Shown here piece after piece: positions 1 through 18,643 of a stretch of DNA of 64,000 nucleotides. The DNA is taken from NCBI GenBank assembly GCA_002269645.1, contig NIVC01001058.1:1-64000 (forward strand). Reading direction: 5' to 3'. The position numbers and the translations under genes were made by a program. The stretch comes from Macrostomum lignano. Its lineage: Eukaryota. How positions within the stretch are numbered: position 1 is the first letter of the stretch; each line of letters opens with the position of its first letter. Below the pieces are notes generated by a model. The model saw nothing but the letters and a program-made list of their open reading frames with translations. It was not told the origin of the DNA and did no database searches.

Positions 1-529
1 TTTTGTTTGACTTGAATGCCGGCTATGAATCGGATGGCTCAGTCTAGCGCCAACCCCACCCCATAATAATCTCTCTCCGCTAAATAGCTGTACAAGGCAT
101 TATCACGATAGGCGGTGTAATTAACTCTCGTACAAGATCAGCCTGTATAGTTATACTCGTAGTTTGCATTGCAGGCTGAGAGAAGAGTGTTACAGACAGG
201 GGTGTCGTAGTCTTAGATAAAAAAATAGTAGTGGCTACTGGCTAGTCATTTGTCAGATCGATAGATTTTAGTTTAATCTTTTTTACTTTTCTATAATTTT
301 TTGGGGTCGCTGTCGTGGACGTTGACAAAAACAAATTGACTCTTTTAGGCATAATTTTACGAAACTGTTTTAAAATTAGCGTCTTGGTATTGGTACAGCT
401 TCAGTTTACGCAATAGTTATTAAGGATTGGGGTCCAAATGTCCACCCAAATCGCGACGTCTGACTGTAATCCGACACGGGGTGCATTTACAGTATCTGAC
501 ATGTAGGCGCAGCATCAGTATCTGACACA

Positions 530-1385
530 AGGCGACTATCTGACACACGGTGACAGCATCTGACAATATCTGACACACGGTGGCAGTATCTCACAATATC
601 TCACACAAGGCGACAGTATCTGACAATATCTCCCACACGGTGGCAGCATCTGACAATATCTCCCACACGGTGGCAGCATCTGACAATATCTGACACACGG
701 TGCCAGCATCTGACAAATCTGACACACGGTGCCAGCATCTGACAATATCTGACACACGGTGCCAGCATCTGACAATATCTGACACACACGGTGCCAGCAT
801 CTGACAATATCTGACAATATCTGACAATATCTGACAATATCTGACAATATCTGACAATATCTGACAATATCTGACACACGGTGGCAGCATCTGACAATGT
901 CTCCCACACGGTGGCAGCATCTGACAATATCTCCCACACGGTGGCAGCATCTGACAATGTCTCCCACACGGTGGCAGCATCTGACAATATCTCCCACACG
1001 GTGGCAGCATCTGACAATATCTCACACAAGGTGGCAGTATCTGACACAAGGTGGCAGTATCTGACAATATCTCACACAAGGTGGCAGCATCTGACAATAT
1101 CTCCCACACGGTGGCAATATCTGACAATATCTCCCACGCGGTGGCAATATCTGACAATATCTCCCACGCGGTGGCAGCATCTGACAATATCTCCCACACA
1201 GTGGCAGCATCTGACAATATCTCACACAAGGTGGCAGTATCTGACAATATCTCACACAAGGTGGCAGTATCTGACAATATCTCACACAAGGTGACAGTAT
1301 CTGACACAGGTGGGTGACACAGGGGCGATCGGTATCTGACACAGGAGCCATCGGTATCTGACACAGAGGCATCAGTATATCTGAC
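530..1385. repeat. Minisatellite, ~30 bp unit (ATCTGACAATATCTCCCACACGGTGGCAGC) with an internal 10-bp subrepeat run
   Basis: Tandem units read directly; ATCTGACAAT repeated in tandem at ~800-870; the ORFs over it are repeat translations. Confidence 0.97.
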
Positions 1386-1807
1386 CACAGGTTATCACTG
1401 TTAATAGTGGGGCCATGTCCCGGGACAGATCAAGAAGTTGGGGTTCGCGTAAAATACGCACTGTCTACACATCCTTGTCATGAGTGTCATTCAGGCGAAT
1501 CAAACTGTAAACTACTCGGTCATCAAATAGAATTAAAATTAGACTTTGCTAAGGTATTTTTAGATTTGCCAAGCCAACAAGACCTTTTTGCTGCAGAACC
1601 AGAACGAAGAAGAATGAACGCGAACTTCGTCATGGAACTTCGTTATGGATTTTAATTCAAGCATTTTATAGCCAAAACACTTGCCTGGCAACGATAGTGT
1701 CTTGTCTATAACTTTTGCACCCGCGGTTTAGATAGTAGTGCTTTAAATTGTTTTCAATACATATCGGCAATAGTCCACTAATGACTATACATACAATGAC
1801 TATCACT

Positions 1808-3290
1808 ATCTGACACAGGGGCATCGGAATCTGGCATCGGCATCTGACACTGGGACATCGGCATCTGACATGAGGGTTTCGGCATCTGACACGAGGGTTT
1901 CGGCATCTGACACTGCAGGGGCATCGGCATCTGACACAGGAGTATCGGCATCTGACACAGGAGTATCGGAATCTGACACAGGGGTATTGGAATCTGACAA
2001 CAGGGGTATCGGAATCTGACAACAGGGGCATTGGAATCTGACACAGGAGTATCGGCATCTGACACAGGAGTATCGGCATCTGACACGGGGGAATCGGGAT
2101 CTGACACAGGAGTATCGGAATCTGACACAGGGGTATCGGAATCTGACAACAGGGGCATTGGAATCTGACACAGGGGCATCGGAATCTGGCATCGGCATCT
2201 GACATGAGGGTTTCGGCATCTGACACTGCGGGGGCATCGGCATCTGACACTGCAGGGGCATCGGCATCTGACCCAGGAGTATCGGCATCTGACACGGGGG
2301 AATCGGGATCTGACACAGGGTTTCGGCATCTGACACTGGGGCATCGGCATCTGACATGAGGGCATCGGCATCTGACACTGCAGGGGCATCGGCATCTGAC
2401 CCAGGAGTATCGGCATCTGACACGGGGGAATCGGGATCTGACACAGGGTTTCGGCATCTGACACTGGGGCATCGGCATCTGACATGAGGGGCATTGGAAT
2501 CTGACACAGGGGCATCGGAATCTGACAACAGGGGCATTGGAATCTGACACAGGGGCATCGGAATCTGGCATCGGCATCTGACATGAGGGTTTCGGCATCT
2601 GACACTGCGGGGGCATCGGCATCTGACACTGCAGGGGCATCGGCATCTGACACTGCAGGGGCATCGGCATCTGACCCAGGAGTATCGGCATCTGACACGG
2701 GGGAATCGGATCTGACACAGGGTTTCGGCATCTGACACTGGGGCATCGGCATCTGACATGAGGGCATCGGCATCTGACACTGCAGGGGCATCGGCATCTG
2801 ACACAGGAGTATCGGCATCTGACACTGCAGGGGCATCGGCATCTGACACAGGAGTATCGGCATCTGACACAGGAGTATCGGCATCTGACATGAGGGTTTC
2901 GGCATCTGACAACAGGGGCATCGGCATCTGACATGAGGGTTTCGGCATCTGACAACAGGGGCATCGGCATCTGACATGAGGGTTTCGGCATCTGACAACA
3001 GGGGCATCGGCATCTGACATGAGGGTTTCGGCATCTGACAACAGGGGCATCGGCATCTGACATGAGGGTTTCGGCATCTGACAACAGGGGCATCGGCATC
3101 TGACATGAGGGTTTCGGCATCTGACACTGGGCATCGGCATCTGACACAGAAGTATCGGCATCTGACACTGGGGCATCGGAATCTGACAACAGGGGCATTG
3201 GAATCTGACACAGGGGCATCGGAATCTGACACAGGGGCATCGGAATCTGACAACAGGGGCATCGGCATCTGACACTGGGGCATCGGGCAT
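1808..3290. repeat. Minisatellite, 21-24 bp variant units (GGCATCGGCATCTGACAC core)
   Basis: Tandem variant units read directly. Confidence 0.97.
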
Positions 3291-3771
3291 TCGATTTATT
3301 GGCATGGATGATGCCTGGACAATGGGATCTCTAATCGGGGATTAATGGCTGGTTGATGATGGGGGAACTTTCAACAATGTGAAGAATGGTCTAGGTCAGT
3401 TCTGTCCCAACTGGTGCAACCCGTAGTGGCACGTGCTGCATTGAGTTTGACAAGGCCTTTTTCGTCATAACATAAGTAACAGGCAACAACGGAAACAGAA
3501 TACTCGCACAGCAGTTCCATTCATGCATTCGCTATACGCATAAACAAACCGGCCTTGCTGAAGATACTAAAGGTAGGAGGATGGAGAGACTGAGAGGAAA
3601 GTATAAAGATGCATATTTGCTGACAGCGAAGTTCTGACAGTCCAAGGGACCTATTTATTGAATATGTGAACTGAAATTTTTAAGATAAATTTAAAATTGT
3701 TACCTAAGATAAGCCCCTGGGCGGAGACACAACATTTGAAGTGAAAAAAATAAGATTGACTGTAGATAATT

Positions 3772-3985
3772 GGACTGAATGAACCTCTATGACCGAGGCG
3801 GGTTGGACTGATTGAACCTCTATGACCGAGGCGGGTTGGACTGAATGAACCTGTATGACCGAGGCGGGTTGGACTGGATAAACCTCTATGACCGAGGCGG
3901 GTTGGACTGGATAAACCTCTATGACCGAGGCGGGTTGGACTGGATAAGCCTCTATGACCGAGGCGGGTTGGACTGGATGAACCTC
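3772..3985. repeat. Minisatellite, 33 bp unit (GAACCTCTATGACCGAGGCGGGTTGGACTGAAT), ~6 copies
   Basis: Direct tandem copies. Confidence 0.95.
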
Positions 3986-5589
3986 ATGACAATGTCTCGT
4001 AACACCCGAGGGCCTCCAGCCCTTATATGACTGAGCAGAAAGCAGAAGGAGCTACGCACTAGGCACTTGTTGGTGAATTATTTTGTCCTAAATATGTAGT
4101 CGCTGCCCTTGTTTCTGCCTTGTACTGATTGTTTACAGACACTACACACCGAACTAACATATTCGAGCAATGCATTAAGTCGTGATGGTGACTAATTCAA
4201 TTAAGTTAACCCCCAGGTTTCCGTTTCTTCACTAAGTTCACTTTCCTCCAGCAGGCCTGGTATTCGAGAAATGAACCCAAGAAAGAAGTAAGTATCAACC
4301 GAAGACCTTGTCACGCAAGGTAGCTAGCTATAGTTGCAATCATTATTTATTCTTACGGAACTCTTTTCGGGGGGGGGGGTTGATAGCTGATAAGAACTGG
4401 CACTACTACAGTTTAGCGGCAGAAGTCACCTTCTTGTGATGGAGAGAAAAAATGTCTTTGTTTGCTGTGCAGGGCAAGCTAGAACATGCCACCGCCACAG
4501 CAAGCCTTGTGACACCAAATTGTACCTGTCTGTGAATGCAGCCCTATGCAGGGAGACAGCCCAGCAGTTCTTTGTGCTGGATCTGAAGGTGACCTTGCTG
4601 CAGTATCAAAAACTGTTGCATATAGGCTTAGTGGGAGAACTGGCATTTGTACTTTTCAAGCCCCATTTCGCTTCAACACTGGGCGGCGATGACTCAGTTC
4701 ACCTTGCTAATAACCATGCGATGACGAGGGCTGCAGTCTGCAGGGTAGTTGCCGATTCCTCTCTCCCCATAATGCGAACACTTTGCTTTACCAAATCCCG
4801 GAGATAAGAGGCCTCTTTATTCTGTTTCCGAATTTTCGCTCTTTGTTCCATATTTATCCCTATATGCAGTCAGTCTACAGTATCGCAGGGGGTCACGGGT
4901 TAACGGTTTGTTGTGCGGGCCCAGGACTTCTCCGTGACAAACAGACCCTGTTTGAGGGACTTGCTAATGCTAATCATTCCGGGTCCTTTTTTGGCCCGGC
5001 TTGTTTGTGGGTTGCTTAGCGGCCGCCCGAGAAGTTCAGGTTGTTGACTCAGACTGGGTGGCTCACCGATAGGATTCACGGCTCCACTCCTCTGCGCTTC
5101 CCTTCGTTGATGTATTATCCCAACAAGAACCCGTTTGATATTCGTGGGAAGGAAGTTGCTTACGAGTTTTGTTTGGCATTGGGAGCAGAAGGTGAGCCCG
5201 ACGCTTACATCTGACCCTTGCGCCGCCACCCAATCCACTAAAATGGCGAGCGCTGTCAACTGTCAACAATCTGGCCGGACGTTGAAAAGGATTCCGAAAA
5301 AAATTGGGGCATATTTTTGCCGAGAGCGATTCCGCCGTCTATAATAGTCATGTGACCTCGGCGACCTTGGCGATTGAGTAAACAAACAGACTTTAGCGAC
5401 AGACACACGGTAGCTAGTAAGCCCGTGACAGTGACGAGAGGCCGAGCTGGAATGCTGTAGAGTTACATGCTGGGGCTCTGCGGCGTTGAAGGAGCGAACC
5501 AGTGGGGGGGGGGCAAGCAAAGGTGGCCGCGGCCGCCACCTTCGATAGTGCTGGCGCCCTAAGGTGGCGCCCCCCTTGTACCTGTCCCA

Positions 5590-6535
5590 TTGATGGCACC
5601 CCCACACCCCTCGATGGCGCCCCCACCCCAATCGATGGCGTCCCCACCCCTGGCGTCCCCACACCCCTCAATAGCGTCCCCACACCCCTCGATGGCGTCC
5701 CCAACTCCCCTCGATGGCGTCCCCAACTCCCCTGGATGGCGTCCCCAACTCCCCTCGATGGCGTCCCCACAACCCTCAATGGCGCCCCACACCCCTCAAT
5801 GGCGTCCCCAACTCCCCTCGATGGCGCCCCCACACCCCTCAATGGCGTCCCCAACTCCCCTCGATGGCGCCCCCACACCCCTCAATGGCGTCCCCAACTC
5901 CCCTCGATGGCGCCCCCACACCCCTCAATGGCGTCCCCAACTCCCCTCGATGGCGTCCCCACACCCCTCAATGGCGTCCCCAACTCCCCTCGATGGCGCC
6001 CCCACACCCCTCAATGGCGTCCCCAACTCCCCTCGATGGCGCCCCCACACCCCTCAATGGCGTCCCCAACTCCCCTCGATGGCGCCCCACACGATGGCGT
6101 CCCCAACGCCATATATAACGCCATATATAACATATATATATACAATATACAATATATATATATATACAACGCCATATATAACGCCATAGACGCTACCAAT
6201 GGCGTCCCCAACTCCCCTCGATGGCGCCCCCACACCCCTCAATGGCGTCCCCAACTCCCCTCGATGGCGCCCCCACACCCCTCAATGGCGTCCCCAACTC
6301 CCCTCGATGGCGCCCCCACACCCCTCAATGGCGTCCCCAACTCCCCTCGATGGCGCCCCCACACCCCTCAATGGCGTCCCCAACTCCCCTCGATGGCGCC
6401 CCCACACCCCTCAATGGCGTCCCCAACTCCCCTCGATGGCGCCCCCCACACCCCTCAATGGCGCCCCCATGCACATCCCTAGATGGCGCCCCCAACCCCA
6501 TCGATGGCGCCCCCACACCCCTCGATGGAGTCCCC
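5590..6535. repeat. C-rich minisatellite, 43 bp unit (ATGGCGTCCCCAACTCCCCTCGATGGCGCCCCCACACCCCTCA), interrupted by a TA-rich insert at ~6105-6195
   Basis: Tandem units made of two related 21/22 bp halves. Confidence 0.96.
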
Positions 6536-8321
6536 TCTTCCAAAGACGCGCCCCTCCAATCACAAACCGCGGCTGCTGTGACGTTGTAAAGGGATATTCC
6601 CCCTCTCTAACTGGTACGCTGTTTGCTTCAAACGGGCTCGTTCAAAAAGCAAATGTTCTACAAATTAACTGTTCTAGAAAACTGTCCTAAATTTTTATAT
6701 TTTTTATTGCTTTAAAAACTCTTAACGCTCAACTGAATTGTTGTTCACATGCAGTATACGGAGAAAACCCCAAGGCGAATTTGTATTGAAATATAATTAA
6801 TGAAAGGCAAGAAGCCGTCTATCTTTCATAGAGATTTTCAATATAGACAAATAGAGACAAATAGCTCGTAGACAAATTAGATGAGAAGTTCGGTTAGAAA
6901 CTGCTTTTTCAGCCAACTGTTTTTTATAGATTTAAGCTTCGGCGAAGACTAAATCAAGTTGTTATAAAAGCAGAGAATATTTTCGTATGCAGCTAGGGGA
7001 GGATCCCAGCGAACGTGCAGTCGGTGCCTCATAGCTGCTGGCTTCACGGCGCAGTTGCAGCAGCAGTGCTCTGGAGACCCTATTCCCGGACACGGCCGCC
7101 CCAGTCCCAAATTCTCCCAAAATGTCTTAACACATGCATGTATAGCCGAGAAGTCGAGAACTGGGCCATCTGTGCCGCCCTATGCCCCACTCTCTCTCCC
7201 TCTCTCGACGGTTGATATGGAACTGCATGCAGTCACGCCCTGTAGAGTTTGGACTTGGAGGTCTTCGGAGGTCTTAGGGCAAAGTGGCAATTGTAGACCT
7301 GCATCCTTGTGTGTGCAGCCAAAAAGCAGGGCTTCCTCCCACTTCCACGACTGCCTTTCCCTCAAAAAGCATCCCAGAGCCAGAGTCGGAGAGCTTCCTC
7401 GATGAGTTAAAGTGTAGCTATTGTTGTTTTTTTCCTATAAGTTCCTAAATTTCAACATAAATCCCTGTCCTGAACACGCGGATAACGAATGGCGCCATTC
7501 CGACGAGAGTTGGTTTTTTCAATTTTATTTTATTCAGCTCTGCATCGACAGAGGGTTGCTCACGACCCTTCTGTAAAGTTTTTTATGGAGCCGGGGTCCG
7601 TCTGTCGACCTCGGCAGTCTAAGTTGACTTCTGTCGAGTCCTATAGTTGTTGTATATAAAAAATACGTTTGAAGTCGGCGGGTTGTATCGAATCCTTGGT
7701 CTCGAAATTATCCCCATTATGCTTATAGCTCTTATACATTATAGCATATAAGGCTCCGAATATAAATTTTCTGACACAAGTTTATTACAGGAGATAATTA
7801 TTATTTACGATCACCATTCCATAGTTAAACATTATGTTGCATTTATAATAATGTCTTCTGCGTTAGGCTTTTACAAGCCTCAACTGTTGTGTACCATTTA
7901 TTAAATGCGGTTAGCTCTGACCTGCATTAAAATACTGCAATATTTATATTTCAGCTGGGGCTGGTTGGTGGGTTGCGTCATCACAGGGGGAGGGGGAATT
8001 CCCTCCATTTTTCGGAATTTTCTTCCTGGAGAACCGCCTACATACGGGTTTAGTGAGCTAGATAACTGAGCGCAGCTAGCAACTCAATTACGAGCTGTTT
8101 TGAGCGGACAGACGGCCCGCATCAAACCGTCAGCTTTCATTGTGAATTTCACCTGCGCTTGCTGGGCATGGCAGAAACTGACTGCCGCTCTTGTGCTGTA
8201 CAGCCATTGCCGTGTGGTTTCTCAATATTTGACAGTATCTGCTTTGCGGAAATTTAAAGCTAAATATGTGTCAGTAATCTCTCATTACTCACTGGCACAA
8301 GCTGTTGTGGAGTATGCAACA

Positions 8322-9275
8322 ATGGATTGCTAATCTAGCTCATGCATAAAGTATGTAATGGATTGCTAATCTAGCTCATGCATAAAGTATGTAATGGATT
8401 GCTAATCTAGCTCATGCATAAAGTATGTAATGGATTGCTAATCTAGCTCATGCATAAAGTATGTAATGGATTGCTAATCTAGCTCATGAATAAAGTATGT
8501 AATGGATTGCTAATCTAGCTCATGCATAAAGTATGTAATGGATTGCTAATCTAGCTCATGCATAAAGTATGTAATGGATTGCTAATCTAGCTCATGCATA
8601 AAGTATGTAATGGATTGCTAATCTAGCTCATGCATAAAGTATGTAATGGATTGCTAATCTAGCTCATGCATAAAGTATGTAATGGATTGCTAATCTAGCT
8701 CATGCATAAAGTATGTAATGGATTGCTAATCTAGCTCATGCATAAAGTATGTAATGGATTGCTAATCTAGCTCATGAATAAAGTATGTAATGGATTGCTA
8801 ATCTAGCTCATGAATAAAGTATGTAATGGATTGCTAATCTAGCTCATGCATAAAGTATGTAATGGATTGCTAATCTAGCTCATGCATAAAGTATGTAATG
8901 GGTTGCTAATCTAGCTCATGAATAAAGTATGTAATGGATTGCTAATCTAGCTCATGAATAAAGTATGTAATGGATTGCAAATCTAGCTCATGCATAAAGT
9001 ATGTAATGGATTGCTAATCTAGCTCATGAATAAAGTATGTAATGGATTGCTAATCTAGCTCATGAATAAAGTATGTAATGGATTGCTAATCTAGCTCATG
9101 AATAAAGTGTGTAATGGATTGCTAATCTAGCTCATGAATAAAGTGTGTAATGGATTGCTAATCTAGCTCATGCATAAAGTATGTAATGGATTGCTAATCT
9201 AGCTCATGCATAAAGTGTGTAATGGATTGCTAATCTAGCTCATGAATTAAATATGTAATGGATTGCTAATCTAGT
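8322..9275. repeat. Minisatellite, 36 bp unit (ATGGATTGCTAATCTAGCTCATGCATAAAGTATGTA), ~26 copies
   Basis: Near-perfect tandem copies. Confidence 0.98.
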
Positions 9276-9789
9276 GATTTCACAAAAAGTTACATTTTGC
9301 AGAAAAAAATATGCAACAACCCTCAGAGGCAGGCGGCAAGTTAGAGGCAATAAAATTTTATTATTCATATGTTTATTTTGCCTGCCACCATCACTGAGAC
9401 GCACGCAGTAATTACTTGATTCATTCACACGTGTGCGGTTTTTGTTAAAACGAATTTGCCATATTTTTTCAACTCCCATGCACGGCTTCCAGCCGAGACC
9501 TGAAAGCTTAACCGGCTTTATCTTAAAACTGAAGGCCTAACACGAATATATCAATAGGTTGCACGGAAGTGGTTAGAATTGCGCTAGTATGGCGTGGGAG
9601 CTTACGGAGTTATAAAAGCATAAATAACAAAGGAAAGTTCCTGTTTAGCCAGAAAGTAATATATACTTACTGTCATAAATGATAATTTTAGCTGAAAATG
9701 CACCAGGAAACTAAATTCGATTAGACATGTTAAGATTAGGCATTAATTTTGGGGTCCCGAGCCTTTCCATAGAATTCTATCGAAAGATA

Positions 9790-10332
9790 TTCTCCGCAGG
9801 TGCTCCTGCAGAAGAAAGAGCTCCGCAGGTGAGATATTAATATCTAATAGATATCTAATCTAGTTAGGTATGCTCGTATCTATCACTCTGGGGCCATACA
9901 GAGCCACAGCAAGCCATAGACTATAGTCAAAGTCACTGTAGCATAATTAAGTCACTGAGAAAATATTTAAGCGTCAATTCAGCTCAGCAGGGTGAGATTT
10001 AAGCGCCAATTTACGAGCTCCGCAGGTGAGATTTAAGCGCGAATCTACGAGCTCCGCAGGTGAGATTTAAGCGCCAATTTACGAGCTCTGCAGGTGAGAT
10101 TTAAGCGCCAATTCAGCTCTGCAGGTGAGATTTAAGCGCCAATTCAGCTCTGCAGGTGAGATTTAAGCGCCAATTTAGCTCTGCAGGTGAGATTTAAGCG
10201 CCAATTTAGCTCTGCAGGTGAGATTTAAGCGCCAATTCAGCTCTGCAGGTGAGATTTAGGCGCCAATTTAGCTCCGCAGGTGAGATTTAGGCGCCAATTT
10301 ACAAGCTCCGCAGGTGAGATTTAAGCGCCACT
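9790..10332. repeat. Minisatellite, 31-33 bp unit (GCTCCGCAGGTGAGATTTAAGCGCCAATTTAC)
   Basis: Tandem copies from ~9975, with degenerate seed copies at 9790-9840. Confidence 0.93.
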
Positions 10333-12496
10333 TTAGGTCTGTTGACAAAATTATGTTGTCATTACTCATTTGATGCTTTTTGAATATTATTAATCGATCG
10401 AGATTTAAATATCGGCTCTCTTTAGTAGGGTCATGACGCTCCCGTGATCTCCCCTTTTGACTACGCCACCGTCTGAAGCATTGCTGCCAAATCTTTACCC
10501 CGATGTCAATCTAGTTTAGAGAGGTAAAAAGACCTCTAAAAACAACCAGAAGCTGTTCATCATTCGAGCAGGGCAGGACTCTGCATGGGCATATGTCAGA
10601 TTTGGATAAATGCGTTGTTGATTGTTGGTTGAGTTGTTGGCGACTGACTATAAATTACTTTTTTTTTACAGTGCAAGGCTTTGATTTAAACTGATTACAA
10701 TGCCAATCAGGGGTTCGCAACGATTATTCATTAGTGACTTTTTTAAACCGAACTCTTCATCCCATCCCCTCTCCCTGCGTGATTTATGACTATACCGCGG
10801 TAATGGCTGGGATCTGGGAACTTTTTTCTTTCACCCTCCGGGGGAACTGTGGGCCGCCATGCAGTCGGGTTACGGAATGGAATCCCCCCAAAGCCAAAAA
10901 CTTCCCCTGAACTCGTCACCGTCTGACTGTATCGACGATGACTCAGCTGGGCTCGCTATCTTCATGCACCGCTAAAAAGCAATGGAGACGAAAAGTGTAG
11001 ATCAATATGATTTGCTGACTGGGCAAAAACTGAAATAGTTTATCGAAATTTGTTCTAGCGCAGCTAGTGCTCCTGATTCTGGACAATTTCGTTTGGATTA
11101 GGTAAAGAGAATGAGCCTGAGAACGAGCTACAATGGATCGTGATATGACTCAGTTATAAAAATCTTTTCTGCACAATGATCCCCCGAAAAGATTTTTTAG
11201 GAATTTTCCATTTTTCTAACATTCTGCAGCACTGCAGCTTCTAATTATGTCACGCTATGTGTCAACAAAACTTTGTCAATTCATTTTTAACTGAATTTAG
11301 CTATATACTTTGTCTACTTTGATGTTGAGATCGATGTTGAAATGTTGAAATGAACTTTTAAATATAGCCACTGCAATTAGCTAGCCTTCATTCCAACAGA
11401 GCATTCATTTATTAGTAAGAAATCGCAAATTACTACTTTTCTACGTAGTAGACTATGACGTTGTTGTTGGTTATTCTGAATAGGAAGAGTTCCTACCTCC
11501 TGAGTTTTGTTTATTTCTCGAAATGTCAGGTGTTTTTTCTCCCAGTTCTTCATCAAGAGAATTCAAGTCACGTCCCGATCTCCATCCTGTCTCCATAAGT
11601 GCGCGGCTTGGATGAAAAAGACAGGACTTTCCTTGATTTGGCTATGTTGCGATAGCCCAGGGCTATGAGCAAAAACGGTTGAGACCGGTTTTGACTTTTG
11701 ATAGTCGATTTTATGCACGAACCAAATGCACTGAACGCAGGTACAAGTTTATCCCAGTATTACTCGTACATCATGTACATCATCACGTATAGCTTTGGTT
11801 GGACTTTGATAATCGATGTATAAGTAAGGACTAATAGAAGTTACCGTTTAGCTTGTGGTTCTTGATATGAGCATAAATTCTTCTTGTAACCATTTCAAAA
11901 ATTTCTACGCCAGGCACCTAATTGCACGGCCACTTTCCATTGATAAATTAAATCTACCAAGAGAAAAAGAAAAACATGCAAAAATAAGATCGAATTTGTT
12001 TCTCAGTGTGCCCGCCCATCGGCTACGCCACTCGCTATCGCCTACATTGGAACTGTGAAGAATGTGCAATACAATTCAAGAATGCACACGTGCACACGAC
12101 CTATAGTAAAATAAACGTAGTTTAAGTCAGCTATACTAAGAAATTATTCTTTAAAGTAAAAATCAATTACAATTTATAGATCCTTGCATGTTAGATAACG
12201 TAATTAAACCCACTTAAACTAGTTTGTTATAGAGTATTTTGTTAAGCTCTGTTAAAATTGTATCATGTCATTCAAATCAATATTGAAGTTTAGTTCCTAG
12301 AAAGCTTGTTGTATACAATATATATACATGCAAAATATCAATCAATCAACGATTGTCAACGGCGAGTCGGCGACAACAGTTGTGTTTTTGTAAAGTCAAG
12401 CTTTTAGCGCTCTAAAGATTTCATTAGAAAAAATAGTAAATTTTGCAGCTGTACATCTTCCACAAGTCTAAGCAGCTTTCGGTGAAACGCTGATCG

Positions 12497-17262
<4,766 letters not shown>

Positions 17263-17549
17263 TGACTGCCTCTGGAGCTTCGAAGCTTGTCGGTGTCCTC
17301 CGGATTTGATCGCCTATTCAGCACCCTTTGACCCCCATTCTTGCTTCCACTGCTGCCTGTCCTAATTGCTGGGTTTGCTTGGTGTCTTGGTTTGCTTGCT
17401 AATTTTGCTGCGATATTGCTGCATATTGCAGATGCACCGGGTGAACTCATGCTTTGAGATGGCATCCGCCTTTCTGCACTCTATCTTCCTTGGTGTCTAA
17501 TTGATTTTCAATTCTTTCTTTTTAGTATTCCCCCTCTTTCTTTCCTCTC

Positions 17550-17945
17550 TTTTCCTCGTCACCACCCTCTCTCCCCTCCCTTCTCCTCTCTCCCCTCCTT
17601 TCTCCTCACTCCCCTCCTTTCTCCTCTCTCTCCCCTCCTTTCTCCTCTCTCTCCCCTCCTTTCTCCTCTCTCTCCCCTCCTTTCTCCTCTCTCTCCCCTC
17701 CTTTCTCCTCTCTCTCCCCTCCTTTCTCCTCTCTCCCCTCCTTTCTCCTCTCTCCCCTCCTTTCTCCTCTCTCTCCCCTCCTTTCTCCTCTCTCCCCTCC
17801 TTTCTCCTCTCTCCCCTCCTTTCTCCTCTCTCCCCTCCTTTCTCCTCTCTCCCCTCCTTTCTCCTCTCTCTCCCCTCCTTTCTCCTCTCTCCCCTCCTTC
17901 CTCTTCTCCGGTTTTTCTTCTTTCCTTCCTCTCCCTACCCCTCTG
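17550..17945. repeat. CT-rich polypyrimidine tandem repeat (~19-21 bp, CTCCCCTCCTTTCTCCTCT)
   Basis: Direct. Confidence 0.95.
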
Positions 17946-18514
17946 TCTCATCTTGGCCTATATTAGTGAAAAAATTAACTTCTCAAAACAAAAACTCAAC
18001 CACCCTTTGTCTGATAATTTTTATAACAGGCCTCACAGTGTTGACACCTAATATTCCAGCGTCATCTTAAAAGTATTAGAATTACCACCATTAATTACTG
18101 ATAGCAATCGCACTACAGCATGTGTATTTTGTCCCATCCGCTGACAAGTATTGTATGGCTCTGTTGCTGATTAAATTATTTTATTCATCTGCCCGATATG
18201 TTTACAGCACTAATTGCCGGTGTGGATTTTCACTGCGCATCGTCAATGATGCTAATTAACTTGCTCTTCAATACAGAGCCTTGCGCCCCTGTCTGTGCTG
18301 GAGAAATTCGAATTTACGAGTATTTTGCGATTGTTTCTCACGGGCCAGTTTATTTTGCTTCTGCTCGGATATCTGTGTCGCAGTTGTATTTGTTTTTCCC
18401 TGCTTTTGTCTGTTTTTCCTCCGATTTCTGCTTTGTTGTGCGGCTTAACTCAACTTTGCTTTTGTGTGCAGGACTTGGGCAAATTCTGAGTTTCCTTTGC
18501 TGGTTAAATATACT

Positions 18515-18556
18515 TGTCTGATTGTGTCTCTGTCTGTGTCTGTCTGGCTGTCTGTG

Positions 18557-18643
<87 letters not shown>

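Noticed and set aside
429-450. AAATGTCCACCCAAA also found at ~56795
   Set aside because: Isolated short match with no extended homology
536-3305. Long Cys-rich ORFs (up to 524 aa) on both strands
   Set aside because: Pure translations of tandem repeats; no start context, splice logic or domain
5414-6690. Pro-rich ORFs
   Set aside because: Translations of the 43-bp array in all frames
8322-9275. CRISPR-like appearance of the 36-bp and similar 34-47 bp repeats
   Set aside because: Units are head-to-tail with no unique spacers; eukaryotic context; no cas genes
17263-17470. Hydrophobic reading after the PGRMC stop, as possible readthrough
   Set aside because: Double stop TAG TGA plus a further in-frame stop
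18060-18510. Possible decayed retroelement coding remnant on the minus strand
   Set aside because: Multiple stops and no diagnostic motif I can support
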